DNA of 55,202 nucleotides, counting the filler, from Sphacelaria rigidula (taxonomy: Eukaryota), in the NCBI GenBank assembly GCA_964200075.2. It is 6 parts of 6 records of this genome, joined end to end, with 100 filler letters (N's around TTAATTAATTAA, not from the genome) between each part and the next. Parts side by side here need not be neighbours in the genome. Positions count along the whole stretch, not along the records: positions 27,655 to 36,770 come from CAXNAA020009260.1; positions 36,871 to 45,986 come from CAXNAA020009261.1; positions 46,087 to 55,202 come from CAXNAA020009262.1; 3 more parts are not named here. One strand, 5' to 3'. The notes beneath the pieces were generated by a model. That model saw only the letters and a program-made list of their open reading frames with translations. It searched no databases and was not told the DNA's origin. The position numbers were made by a program, and so were the translations under genes. Below are positions 35,886-48,699 of the stretch, one piece after another (position 1 is the stretch's first letter; each line of letters begins with the position of its first letter).

Positions 35886-36770
35886 ATGCATGAGATACTC
35901 TAGCAAGTGGTTCGCGTTCCTAAAAGTATATGCTGTACTCGTTACTAGTTGTAGTCGACAACATCTCGATAGCTCCTGTGTATCTTTTCCGCAGGCTGTT
36001 CGCTAACTCCCATCTGCTGGTTGATATCGCGTTGAGTAGTTTCACTCAGGCAACACGACTATTACTACTTCATGTGTCCCCACAGTATATAGTCTCGAAT
36101 AGACAGTACACGGCAGAGGTTCTTCCGTATGCATAGTCCGACATTTGATATTCGATGGTGATTCGGAACAGTTTTGTTCCCACAGTGAATGCACATTACT
36201 CATGCACTGTTAGACTGAGTACAAAGTGAACGATTTCATCGAGGAGATGGTGCAGGCCGTAATTAGTCAGTACCGTCATCTCGTACAGCCATACTGTGAC
36301 AGCATCACAATAAATAAAACGGTAGCATGTCGTAAAACCCAAGGGTGTTATCGCAACTCAATGTGCGGAGACACGACCGATTTTTAATTCAGCGGGTCTT
36401 CTCGAGTTTGAGTATGTGTGGAGCAGCATATTGTACCGTGGTTCCATTTCATTCAGCTGTATGAAACTCCAAAAATCATAGCGTGCAGCAACAGCAGCGT
36501 CAGTTGTGAATAAGTCTAACGTTAGTCCGTCCAGCGGCGCACGACGATAGAATATACTCGAATTAGTAGGAGTTCAACTGGCATTTACTGTCAACCTCGT
36601 CTGTATACACCATCCCGTTTCTGGTGTGCAAACGTGATGAAAACTCCCGTGTGGTAAATACAGTAAGCACAAGCTTGATGGGTGAAGACGGCATAGTGTT
36701 GTGTTGCTCTTTTCAGCTGCATCACATAGCGGGAAGCACATAGCAGCTGTTGCATGGAAAGATTTAGTAA

Positions 36771-36870
36771 NNNNNNNNNNNNNNNNNNNNNNNNNNNNNN
36801 NNNNNNNNNNNNNNTTAATTAATTAANNNNNNNNNNNNNNNNNNNNNNNNNNNNNNNNNNNNNNNNNNNN
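36771..36870. other. Artificial contig linker
   Basis: 44N + TTAATTAATTAA + 44N. Confidence 0.98.
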
Positions 36871-38481
36871 CCAGCGATCAACTTTTTTCTTCCTTTTGGG
36901 CAATTAGGCCGAAGAAATCGTGAATTTGGTGATTTTGATTCGTGATGATTTGTCCTAACCGTGCAATGTTATCTTCTCTATGCCCCCCGCCCGCATTCCT
37001 CCTTTCTTCTGTGGGTATCGTCGAGTATCGGATTACTCGTTTGGAGAGCGTCGCCTCTTCCCGCACACTCTAAAAGTGACGCTTGATCGTCAGGGCAGTG
37101 TCTTGTGTTCGCTTTTCAAGTCAAAATCTCTGGAGACGGTCGCCTCTTCCTATAATAACCGGCTCTAGAGTTGAACTCTCCGACCTTCGATTGGGTCATC
37201 TGGGTTTTTCATTCATTTTCAAGTGAAAAGTATGCCGATACAACATATGACCGACCCTGGGGTAAGTGGGGGGAGAGTGACACTTGTCCGTGTATTCCCG
37301 AGGTACGAGCTCAAGCCGCAGCGGACGGAGGCTGTAACGGTACGGCGAACATGGCGGTACCAATACAATCAACACCACAGACGAAGAGGAGAGCATAATT
37401 CGGTCACCATGATGTTGTCGGTTCCAGTACACGCCATGTTCTTCACCTTGGGTTGTTTGTGCGGCTGTGTACACAAGCAGCGGCGCTGTCCTCAACAGAA
37501 AATGTCTGAGGGTATCGTATTTGCACATGCGCACGCACCGAACTTAAAAGTTACTCTGCGACCGATTCAGACCTGCCCCCCGACGTTTCCCCCCGAGCCT
37601 CTTCTGGCTGTCGTGATTTTTCACTTGTATGCATTGGGGACGGTGCGTTGCTCAGGACATTCAATCAAGGGATAGGTTTTATCCGGGCGGTTCTCCACGG
37701 TTACGTGCGCGATTCGAGCGCCGATTGTTGCGTTGGGTGCTCACAACCCCAATGCATCACACTGCAGCGCCCATTTCAGGGCACGTCCCGCGGTCAGATC
37801 AGTAAGTCGGAGAAAAAAAAATCAGGGTTAGAGTGTACGCCTTTAAAGCAGGAGGATAAGGCCGCGGCTATGGGGTGCGTGTGGATGGTCAGCAACAGGA
37901 TGTAGAGTGTGAACAGGGAGGGTGTTGCATGCGCGCGCGATCAACCAGTCAAGAGATGAGATGGTGAAAGCAAGTGTATTTGGGTCGAGCATTCCAGGAC
38001 AAGAAAAGAAAAGGAGAATTTCCGTCTGTGGTCGCTATGATTTCCTGGAACAGCTCATTCACTGTTTTTGTCCCGAGTAGCATGTTCAACTGTCTGTGCT
38101 ACATTTGCACTATCCAACAGTGTCGTAGTTGTACAGGAGAGTAAAGGCGTTGTGATGCGTGCATTGAGCGGTACACGCAGCTCAAGAGCAAGGCACAGAA
38201 TTGACGCGGCCGGAGGCGTGTGATTTGAAAAAATTGGTCAATTGTTGATGACGAACTAGATATTTCAGACGTGTAGAGCTTCCCTCTCGAGAAATATCGA
38301 AATTCAAAAGCTCGTCAATTGAGGGTGTTATACACCGTCATGAACCGGTATCGTCCTAGTGCGGAGAAATAAGAAATACAACATCAAGCGAAACCTGATG
38401 AGGTAACAAAGAAACCGAAACCTCTCCTGTGTTGACCACAACAGCCCCTGGCAATGTACTCGTTGCTATATAAATGCGCAC

Positions 38482-38994
38482 CTGACTCTCCATCTGCAGC
38501 AATACCATGTACTCGGCAGGCGTCCTCTCGGGGTCTGTCGGGCCAGTGGGATTACATGGGCGCACGATTCTAACCGAGTGCACGTGCTTCATCATGGGCG
38601 CCACGAATTGAAGCATGTCGGTCGGGATCATATGCGCGGGCACCGACAGTATGCAGAGCAGCGTGCTTCGTCGCTCGGGAAGCTCGCTTCCCGCATTGAA
38701 AGGATTAGTCGGGTTATCGTCGTTGTTGATATTGAGTTGGTGAGTTCGGTAATCGTTGTTCTGGTGAAACGGGTTCGTTGGGCTGGCTCTGGTGTTATTG
38801 TCGGCATCGGTGTCGATGTTGAGGTAGTAAGTCAGTCTCCCCGACAGTAACCCCAGCTGCGGATTTCCCGTCATAAACTCCAGGCTTACTTCCGCCGCCG
38901 CTGCCACCACCATGGTAGCCATGGCTAGGGGCACCAGTGCAAGGAGTTGGGACCTGGACTGACCTGCTGGACACAACATCCATGGTGCTTCCAT
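38482..38994 (-). CDS. BRAP: BRAP2/IMP (RNF52; plant BRIZ) ubiquitin ligase, first coding exon; remaining exons not found on this contig
   Basis: EFMTGNP..GRL and STLLCILSVPAHMIPTDMLQFVAPMMKHVHSVRIVR...YMVLLQMESQ match the BRAP2 RRM-like domain; donor CAG|GTGCGC at 38481. The start codon could be a downstream ATG. Confidence 0.88.
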
Positions 38995-39203
38995 ATTTGC
39001 CTTACTTCTCAGACTCAAATACTGGATCACTACGAAAACGATTCGTCTTGGCGGAACGGAATCTTTTCACGTTTCACCACATAACCCGTGTGGGCGATGT
39101 GTTTCATCACTATACGTTCAAGTGTGTGGCTACATACTTACCACAGTAATCGAAGCAGCAGCACAACGAGCATGTAGCACGCTGGAGCAAAGGCAGGAGA
39201 AGC
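38995..39203. promoter_or_regulatory. Probable bidirectional promoter region
   Basis: Only ~209 bp separate two divergent ATGs; inferred from gene geometry, no motif identified. Confidence 0.55.
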
Positions 39204-40339
39204 ATGAAATATATGAAGCAGCTAGCTCCGTTGCCCCTACCGAGCACCGCAACACGAGACACGAGGGTGTGGCATGGGGGAAACGACTACGGGGGGCCTG
39301 GCGCGTGGAAACGCCCCCGCCGTTCGAAGCGAGCAGGGGCGGGCGTTGTCCCACTTTCCGCTATGAAAGAGCCCCTAGATCTCACCATGATCCTGCACCA
39401 GGGCGAAAATCGCGGTAAAGGGGGCCGTAAAAACGGAAAACGTTTTCGTCAACAAAGAAGAAATTACCGTTTATTAGCCTCGCGCCTGGAATCTTTGTCG
39501 CTGGAGCGAGCACCATCGTACGGCGGCGGCGGTGATGATCCTCCCGGTATTGGATGGACTTCGTCGACTATGAATTCAGAGGAACAAGAGTATACTGGCG
39601 AGATCTCGCACAGTTGGCAACGCGACCAGCACCAAAGCCCGCCGAAGAGCATTCCTCGACAGCAGTGTTTTATTTCCCACGCCATGCCCCCCGATATCGT
39701 CGACGGGGGAGGATCTCCCGACGAACAAATGTCTCAGGTGTTATTGCGGCAAGCACCACAACAACAAGATGTTACCAGCAAGCAAGATGTAGCGAGAAGG
39801 CCAGCAGCGGAGTCGGACAAGACGGTGACTGTCGACGCGAAGCAGCACAACAATCGGGCATTGACGCAGCAAGAGGCTAGTGGCAGCTGCGGCACGCCTA
39901 TCCAATTTTTCAGCAGCAACAACGGTAGCACTTCGCGCGAATTACGCGCGCCAAACGCATTAGTGAAAATGGCCGTTGATGATAATTGCAACGCGCAGGC
40001 TGATGACGCCAGATCAAAACTACGGGTGGTCCTCGAACAGGAACGAATCCTCGTCGAGAGCATGCGCCAACGTCGACTCGACGCACGTCTCAGGAGTACA
40101 GGACGTAAAACTTTCGGCGCCCGAAATCCTCACGGCTCAGCGGGAGATTCGCGAGCCCGAAAATTACGGTGTGCAAATGAGCAAAATAGGAACGCGCGGG
40201 AAAAATATGTCACACGGGATGGCGAGGGATCAAGACGTGCTCGTATCCACCCACTCTTGTTCATGACCGAAGCAGACCTTCGACGTGTAGAGCTGCACCA
40301 TTTGGGACTCGAGGACGCTGAAGCGGTACACCTTTCAAA
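39204..40339 (+). CDS. Exon 1 of a ~1353-aa IQ/Sfi1-like/C2H2/RGS-like/WW protein
   Basis: 379-aa ORF ending at donor AA|GTGAGA (phase 2), compatible with exon 2. Confidence 0.75.
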
Positions 40340-40597
40340 GTGAGAGAAGCTGGTCGCTGTTGAAGAGCGATGGTTTGGATGACTCGCGTTATTACGATGC
40401 GGACAGCGGGGGAAATTAGTATAATAGTATGGCAGACTCTCAGGACTGTGTCATTTTGTGCTGTAAATCAATTTCAATCTTCTATTTGGCATTTAACTGG
40501 TGGCAGTGCTAGCGAGGAACTTGTGCGTACGTGTACAACTCTTCGCACCAAGCTCACTCAACTCACCAATGCTACCAATAACCACCACACACACAAG

Positions 40598-41396
40598 GTT
40601 CGAGGAGGCCAGACGGCGAAAAAAAGACTACGCCGCATACTACGATCTCACCATGCGATATGGACCACTGTCGGACGAAGACTTCGGCATGGCTGAGTAT
40701 CCAGGGGAAACATATGTCGCAATAGTTTCAGACGCCGCGCAAATTGTCCAAAACTGGTGGTGGAGCACTTGGCCACCGATACTCCGGCGACGGAAATCAG
40801 CGGCTCTAGCCGTCCAGTCGGTGTTTCGAGGTTTTGTAAAAAGACGGCAATACCAGGGAATCGTTCGCTTGAGAACGCTCTGGGGCACCACACGGATCGT
40901 TGCGCATGTATTCGTGTCATGGCGAGACCAAACTGCCAAGGTTCGCAGAGTGACGGCGTTCACAAACCGCTTTCAGAAACTCTGTGTGGTGCGATGTCTA
41001 CAGGCATGGCGAAGACACGTTGAGACCGAGCGCGCAGCTAGAGAAGACGTGGTTCGTCAGCGGTTGAGACGAGCTAAGGATGGCATCCGTGCGCGGGTGT
41101 TTGAACACTGGGTCATATACACCGAGTCTTCGCTCGCTATTGATAGGATGCGGCGGCGTGTTATTCTGCGGCCTGTACTAAGGGCGTGGTCCAAACGTGC
41201 ACTGGCCGATCGAGTGAAGAATCGTATGTTCTGGGCTTGTGCAAAGCTCGCGAGCAGAGCGCTTCGCTATGACGGGAGGAGGAGGTTCGTGGAAACTCGC
41301 CAGGCATGTTGCAAAATACAACACTTTGCGAGAGGGGTGATTACAAGAGCGAAGGTGCAACGGGAATTGGCGGAGGACATTATCCAGGCTGTTGAG
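40598..41396 (+). CDS. Exon 2: IQ motifs and Sfi1-like Trp repeats
   Basis: AAG| acceptor, GAG|GTGAAA donor; AALAVQSVFRGFVKRRQY, ACCKIQHFARGVITR; FVSWR, LQAWR, FEHWV, LRAWS. Confidence 0.85.
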
Positions 41397-41958
41397 GTGA
41401 AACGCGTTATTATGTCATTTGCATTCTCCTGTCTTCACAATTTAACCCCCCATTCTTCAGGGGATCGGCTCATATATTTTCCCATACCTATCTTGTACTT
41501 TGTCGTCGAGGATAAGATCGGTATTGCCGACGCTCGTCGGAATTCATCGTATTCTAGCGTCATTGACAACTCTGGGTTTCACGTACTCTACAAAAGAACT
41601 CTACTGTTGGGATTCAAACTCACATTACCCACCCAAGCTAGTATTGATGGACGAGGGTACAATTGTTCTCAGATATGCGAGGAGTATGTGCATGTCGCCG
41701 GTCAACCTTCGTTTTTCCTGCCCACCGTCCCAACTGCCGTCGCGCGTACGCGTATGCATTCGGACTGCTGCTCTAAGACGGAATTCAGCTGTACGTTGAG
41801 CCGATTCGATTTCGTGCTCAAATCTGAGCATCATGGGAATAAATTGTTCATGTCCGGAACGTAGAACCCACTACCTTTAGGGTGGTGTATCTTTCTTTCG
41901 CTAATCTTATTCCATCGTCTCTTATTTCCCTTCAAACGGCAAAACGCCGGGCTGATAG

Positions 41959-43185
41959 GATGAGCGCTTGAGTACTCTCGTCGAAGAAGAGCAAGCTCGC
42001 AGAGATCGTCTCCAAGAAATGATAGGCGCGCGAATGTTACGAATAGAAGACAAAGCCAACGCGTTCCTTCAAACACTGGCTGGTAAGTCCGCCATGAAAG
42101 AACTTTCATCTGGAAGAGGGACGACAGGAGCGCGTCAGAAGACAAGTAGAGCAATACCTGACCGAATAAAGGGTAGCTCGCCAGTCAATGCCGTCAGACC
42201 TCGAGCGATTGCGGAAAGCGAAGCTCGCAAAAAGGTGGTCCATCAGTTCGCTTTACGAGAAAAAGCAGCGTTACGGCACGACTTCAACGCTAAATGGCCT
42301 CCCCCACTCCGCTGCCCTCGTGCTGACTGCCGAGCAACGTTCGTCGACCGAAGCCACTGTGCCCGCCATGCAGTGGACACTCACCCAGAAGATGCCCCGG
42401 GAGTGTCAGAATTGGGGGTGGTGTTCAGCGAATCCACGGGTCTTTTGACCTTCGAGGACTACTTGTCGATGGCCTCGAGCGAAAGCCATGTTCGCCCGGA
42501 GGAGAGACAAGTGATGGCAGGATCGATGTCGTGGGCGGCTTCCGAACATGAGTTGAAGGGTGTACGGCGTAATCTTGAGCTGTGGAAGGCGATTTCTCGG
42601 TGGAGAACCGTCTCGAGCGCGTCCTCGAGTTACCAGCAGCTGACGGCCGCAGCATACAAACTGATAACTCCCGTCGATCTTGAAGAAGCGGCGGAAAGTG
42701 TTAACAAGGGTCATCAGCGCGAAGGGGGTGGTGGACTCAGCACGGTCCTCAGCAGCGGTCGGCGGGAAGGGATTACTCGCAGCACAGAGGCAGGTAACAA
42801 CGAATCCTCGGATGACAATGAAACGAAAGCGTACGATTGTGCGATCGCCGCGGTTGTCCTTGAGAAGGCCGGTTGGCGAGCTCTTGTGGACATACACAGG
42901 ACCGCTATCGGGCGAGGGTTCCTAACAAGCACGCCGTACTTTCAATCCCTGGAGAGCGTGGGAAAGCCTGTTAGGGAAGCCGTTATGGCGATTGCCGCGG
43001 ACATCATCTCACAAAAACGCGCGGAGCGGTTGGAGGAGGCTCGGACGCTTCGGGCGGCAGCAATCCTTTGCAATACCGAGGCAGCCATCGATGCCTTGGC
43101 CGAGGAGACGTTGGCAGCTGTTCTGGAAGAAGAAAAAGGAGACAAGGGAGAAGAAGGGATACTTGGGAGTGCTTTGGATAACCTG
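41959..43185 (+). CDS. Exon 3: C2H2 zinc finger and RGS-like region
   Basis: TAG|GATGAG acceptor (phase 0), CTG|GTGAGC donor; CPRADCRATFVDRSHCARHAVDTH; GLLTFEDYLS...NLELWKAISRWR...GFLTSTPY. Confidence 0.85.
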
Positions 43186-43759
43186 GTGAGCGAGTGGCTC
43201 ACGCCGTCACTGCATGTGCTGACCATACCATACTTGTAGTACATGCGGATGCGGATGCAGTGGTATTCGACAAAACGAACACGTCTTCACTTAAGTCGGC
43301 AAACTCCTTAGGGTGCAACAAGTACTGCGGAAACTAGCTGCCACCATTACGGCCCTCCAGGCTCTTTCAAATAGGTCTGAACCCCAGTACAACAATCCTG
43401 ATCTTTAAAAACTTTCCCGGATCTCTGTGATACTCATTTAGTGTACCAAGTGACACCTCAGCGGTATGCACCGATATGATCAGCTTGTGGGCTCTGCCCG
43501 AGATCTCTGTCCCTGAAATCGGAGGGTCGTGCTTTGGTTCATGTGACAGAAAAGTCAGGGTGGTCCCAGTGCTACTCTTCCTACTGAATAACTGTGTTGT
43601 CGTAAGGCACGGAGTGGATGAAAAACGGGTTCGCGCTGTGTGCCGTGAAGTTTTCGGTTCGCTTGCTTCTTTCTCCTCCAGCACATTGTCCGAATCGCTC
43701 GTCAATATACCGTCCCTTTTCTTTCTCCGTCGCAACTTGATTTTTTTTTTTGCGTTTAG

Positions 43760-44659
43760 GCAGCACTACTCGCAGTGGTAATCATGGCCGAGCGGAGTGC
43801 ATTTACCAAAGTCATATCAGCCGTATGGAAAGAGGTCGTAGACAAGGCGGCACGGCAGCACGCCCGCGAACAACGCCAAGTCACTCCGGGGGTAGCCGAC
43901 GCCGTAGCCGAGTCAGTATGCTCCATATCTCGTTCCGTAGTCATGGACGAGTTGATAAACGAATGTGCTTCGGAACTTACGAGGCCTGGCGGGGCGTTGT
44001 GGCCAGATGAGCGCGCCGCTGCAGCGGTGGCCGATGGGGTTGTGTATCGCGTACGCTGCAGCATCATGACAGAAATGATTGAGACATCATTGGTGGAGTT
44101 ATCGAGATCCGGAGAGGCGAAGGGGTTGGTGTTGAAAGGGCCGATTGCCCAGACGGAGGATAGTATCACGAGCGATATTAGTGAACAGGAAGGGCAGGTT
44201 GTAGCAACAGAAGACAGTGTAGCATGTGTAGTGGGAGGAGGAGGGGTAGACGAGCGGACAGGTGAAGATGAACTTCACGAGTCGGATGATGAAATTGGAC
44301 CAGGTCTACCAGAGACAGGGAGCGGTGGTACCGTCGATGATGCCGGGACGATGAGAACGTTGACTATGACCTCGGCCTTGGAGGAGCGGGCGGCTATCAT
44401 GGTCCAGACCGTGGTGCGACGCAAACTGGTCTATCGTGACACGAAGAGACTGGTCGCTCGCACATTCCTCAAGCTGTACGATCCAGTACATCACAACGTC
44501 TACTGGTACAACCAGGCATCGGGAGAGTCAACCTGGGACAAGCCCACTATTATCGATCTCTACTTCAAAAAGCTCGGCAGCGGCGGTGGCCAGGCCGTCC
44601 GGGAAATACACTACGACGAGTATTCTGACGGCACAACATCTGGCGTGATGACCACATGA
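43760..44659 (+). CDS. Exon 4 (terminal): IQ motif and WW domain
   Basis: Poly-T tract and TTTAG| acceptor in frame; AAIMVQTVVRRKLVYR; YDPVHHNVYWYNQASGESTWDKP; TGA stop. Confidence 0.88.
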   Translation, partial: AALLAVVIMAERSAFTKVISAVWKEVVDKAARQHAREQRQVTPGVADAVAESVCSISRSVVMDELINECASELTRPGGALWPDERAAAAVADGVVYRVRCSIMTEMIETSLVELSRSGEAKGLVLKGPIAQTEDSITSDISEQEGQVVATEDSVACVVGGGGVDERTGEDELHESDDEIGPGLPETGSGGTVDDAGTMRTLTMTSALEERAAIMVQTVVRRKLVYRDTKRLVARTFLKLYDPVHHNVYWYNQASGESTWDKPTIIDLYFKKLGSGGGQAVREIHYDEYSDGTTSGVMTT

Positions 44660-45623
44660 AATCGTACCCCCACAGTGAACAGAGATAGTAAGGGATAAGT
44701 GGAACGAAGCTGTCCTGTTGTTGGCCAAACACAAAACCCAGGACGAATTTGGTTGGCCTAGCATCCCTGGTCAACCGGCGATCCGCGGTCTCACGGGACG
44801 GAGTAGCTCTAAACCGTGGATGAGGGGGCCTGTTTTAAGGAGACAAGAGAAGTGAGAACGCGCAGTGAGGGAGAGAGTGGTTCTGGTGCCTCTCGTTTTT
44901 TGTTTTTGTACTTCCACTTAGCTGCCCATCAGCTCTCAACCAATCGGAAGGACAACAACAACAGAAAATGACCAAAGCTACCGGAATCACTCTCGTTCTA
45001 ACGGCGCGTTCTCACTTTACTTGTCTCGTCAAAACTGACCCAACGCCACTTCCGACGTAACGTGTCCGAAAAAAGCGTGTACGGATAGGAGACATCTCGA
45101 AAAATGTTTTTCTAGTACAGAGAAAAAAGACCAAGTGTGCAGGAAAATACTTAAGCGGTCCTATGGGTGTTGACGGCTTCTCTGCCTTTCATTCATTGAC
45201 AGGATTCTGGAACGTCCATGTGAAGAGATGACTGCTGCCCCCGAGCCAATCAATTTGGTCGTCTCCACAGGTAACAAAGTTCCTTGTCCCATCGGTTCAT
45301 CATGACACCGTCCTCCACAACCGTCCTCGCAAAACGGTGTGAAGTTTTTGCCGATGTGTGAATTCTGGGTGATGAGAGTGAACAAGCCTGTAGTCAAACC
45401 CTAATCCTAACCTTTGACAAACCTTGACCTTAACCCAAACCGGGCAAGGGGGAAGGGATACAGTGTTCTAAACGAAGTGTGCGTTAAAAGACATCGATTT
45501 TAGCCAAACGCTTGCTGAGCGGGTCGGCGTGCTATTTGGACTGTGAGCCCTGTACAGATACGAATGTGACGGGTCTTGACTAAAACTGGGTGCTTTCCAA
45601 CCATGGAAATGGAGAGCAAGGTC

Positions 45624-45895
45624 TAGTCATGCCATGGTAGGGATACACGAAACATATTTTACGGGGCTTTGAATCGTTAGGAGCCCTTGATCTCATCCAA
45701 AAAAACGACTTAATGAAATATTATGCAAGAGCAGGTCACGATTAGCATGTCAATGGTCAAGGAATGTGTCGAATGATTTTCGAAGCAGGAATGTCCCGAC
45801 CCATGCTCTTTGCGCAGCTCCTATTTCAACCCTCGGAGCCCCTCAATAAGATAACATCTGAGCCCAAATGTGCAACCCCTACCATGTTATGACTC
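45624..45895. mobile_element. MITE, Sola2-like, diverged subfamily
   Basis: TAGTCATGCCATGGTAGGGATACAC...GTGCAACCCCTACCATGTTATGACTC; TSD GGTC at 45620-45623 and 45896-45899; internal GTTAGGAGCCCTT.ATCTCATCCAAAA shared with the 16396 copy. Confidence 0.82.
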
Positions 45896-45986
45896 GGTCG
45901 GGGAGAGCTCTCTACTGATTTGTTCGAACTATACTTAACAACAAACTCTGCGAATTGAGGTTTAACTCCGAGATGAGGTTCAAGCC

Positions 45987-46086
45987 NNNNNNNNNNNNNN
46001 NNNNNNNNNNNNNNNNNNNNNNNNNNNNNNTTAATTAATTAANNNNNNNNNNNNNNNNNNNNNNNNNNNNNNNNNNNNNNNNNNNN
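45987..46086. other. Artificial contig linker
   Basis: 44N + TTAATTAATTAA + 44N. Confidence 0.98.
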
Positions 46087-46568
46087 TAATTCGGTAAACC
46101 TGACAAGTTGTGGTGTTCTCGGGAAATGTTCTCTTTACAGCTGGACCAGCTGGTATATAGAGAATATTTCGAACTCACGAGAGTCAAGCATACTTTGTAA
46201 AGAGGCGTCCACGAGATTCATTGCTGATTTTAGTGTGCAAGTTCCTCCGCACCCGCTCCGGGAAATGACTGTTCGGGCCAATGCCAATGCTAGTGGCCCG
46301 GTTAGCGGATTCGTGCTTTACAGTGTGCGGGGGTACACATGCGTTCGCGACTGTTCGAACGGACGCGCGATCGCGGTGGTCCTGCAATGTATCCGGCGGG
46401 CATGAACATTTCGAGAAATAATATATTCTCACGGGGGCTTAGCAATGCAAGAATACCGAGACCCTCGAAAAAGACGGACGGGACCGGGGCGCAGCCCCGG
46501 GTCCCGTGCGGCTTGTAACAATAATAATCATAATAAACGTTCCGTTTCCTGTGCCGCGATACCCCCAG

Positions 46569-46904
46569 TCGCTTCTCACCCCCGTGCCGCTGGAGCAACC
46601 GCAACAAGAAGTATACAAGCAGCAGCAGGAACACCAACGACGGCAGTCTCAGACATCGATCATGGAAGGCGTCATCACCGCCCCCAGCGATGACGTCTCT
46701 GACATCAGCACAGTAGATCTCATCAGCGAAAGCTCCAAAAAGCCGCCCCCACCTCCATTCGATACCGGAGCCGTGCGCACGGCAGATCCCGTGATCATGG
46801 CCGCTCTAGGTGGGACTCACTCCTTGGTGCTCACGGCTTCCGGAAAAGTGTTCGGCTTTGGAAGGCAGGAGCACGGTCGGCTCGGAACTGGAGCGGAGGA
46901 AGTG
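46569..46904 (+). CDS. Internal exon of an RCC1/UVR8-like beta-propeller protein
   Basis: CCAG| acceptor, GTG|GTGAGG donor, 336 bp; PVIMAALGGTHSLVLTASGKVFGFGRQEHGRLGTG is a typical RCC1 repeat. Confidence 0.88.
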
Positions 46905-48699
46905 GTGAGGAAGTATTGTACAACGCAGCACAGTGCACGTCGCAGTTAACGGAGACTACCTTCTACTATATGAGTATGATGGACATCCACATATACGCTA
47001 GTGGGGTACATGCACTTCACAGTAAGTGGTACAGTATACTTGCTGTACTTCACAGTGGTGTCCCCATCTCAAGACAGTCCTTTCCGAGGCAGGTTCCTCG
47101 TTTGCAGCAGTGAAAAGATATTTCTCTGGCGGGTGGGGCCCAGTCCAATTTAACCCTGAGTGCCGTTTTAGGGTGATCAATTTTTGCTCGAACTATGCCT
47201 CCTTGAACTGGGGTTCCCAGTGATCTGACATCATGTCGTTTCCCCCAACATATTCGCCGTCCGCGCAGCTTTTTCACCTTCCTGATTTCGATTTTGCAGA
47301 CTGATCGAAGTCACTTGGATGTATCGTTGAAAATGTTCCGAAATGACGATAACACAGTAGCATCATTTAGTCAGCATGAGGCAAAGCTAATGCGAGTAGA
47401 TGAAAGTCCGCCGTTTACGGGAGCGCCCGTCCAATGCCTGGTAAATGGAGTGCAAGCCTGATACCAGGGGAGAAATGGATGAGGTGATCCCGTACCGAGT
47501 CGTCCAGAGGAGAGGGAGGAGGGGGAGATAAAAACTACGGCAAAAAGAAAGAGCAAAATGTGTACTGATGTACGTGCACCAAGTAGTCCAACGGTATGCC
47601 TCGTACACATACGAGTGCTGTCCTAAGTGAGTACAGCACGCATAGCAGGGATCTATCTGGGGTCCTCCGATTGATTCAGGTGTTCTACCTACTTGCCATC
47701 TTTGTACACCTGTAGGCCATACGAAAAACAAACTGTACGAGCTGACAACGGAAGCAGCGTATAGATGGAATCTCGTTTGCGAGCTTGTTCAGCTCATCTC
47801 GAGAAAGTACAGGGCAGTTCCCCGACTACCAAAGTATTTGAATCGACCATTTCGTAGACCATGGGCGCCACGTTTTGAGTGCGATATACATGAAAATAAT
47901 GGGGATATTTTGCCTGTTGTCAAATATCGTCTCGGTGTATATGAACAACGGTTTGCACACGTGCACAGTACCGGCAGTAACGGGCAAATAATATGGACCG
48001 TATCTGATCATTAAACCCTTGACCGTCAGGGTAGGTAATCTAGGTCTCATGGTCATTTTCCACGCGAAAACGATGCCGATTCAAGAGATGACCCACGCTG
48101 GCGGTGAACGGGTTGAGATGGGCGCACGCATGAAGGCGGGTAATGCAGAGAATATGGATTCATGGCATCAACAGCATACAAAGTAGTGCCAGGTACAAGA
48201 AGGGTGTATGCCAACTATTGCACGTTACTGCACGCGCCGACGTTTCGTCCCATTTTTCACGGAGGGGGTCATCACCAGACCTGAGTCTTCTTGTTTCGAG
48301 TTGCACCCGAGCTTCGCTGCGTCTCCCGCCCATCGAAAATCGATGACCAAAACTGACAGCCCATCGGTCGCCCGGGAGATCGCGTTTGAAAATGACGATT
48401 CTTGCTAGGCAAGACCTGCGACGTGATCTGCATGGTAGACACGAAGTATACTTCAATGGTGGTCATGTACATTAGCGTGCGTACGTATCTATGCCTCAGG
48501 CTGAAGACGACATGGGGGTCACGATGCCCGTTGAGGTTTCTATGCTGCAGCAGCCGGGGGACTGGCGTGTGCGCTCGATGAGCTGCGGAGGCGTTCACTC
48601 GGCAGCTATCCTCGTGCGACAGTCGGAGGAAGACAACAGCTGAAAGCGGGAAATGCTGATGTTGTGATTCCGCCGATAGTGACCCTCGCGAACTGGTTG

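Noticed and set aside
41397-41864. C-terminal part of the 454-aa ORF
   Set aside because: Read-through into intron 2 past the GAG|GTGAAA donor; the same applies to 38356-38481 and 43186-43239.
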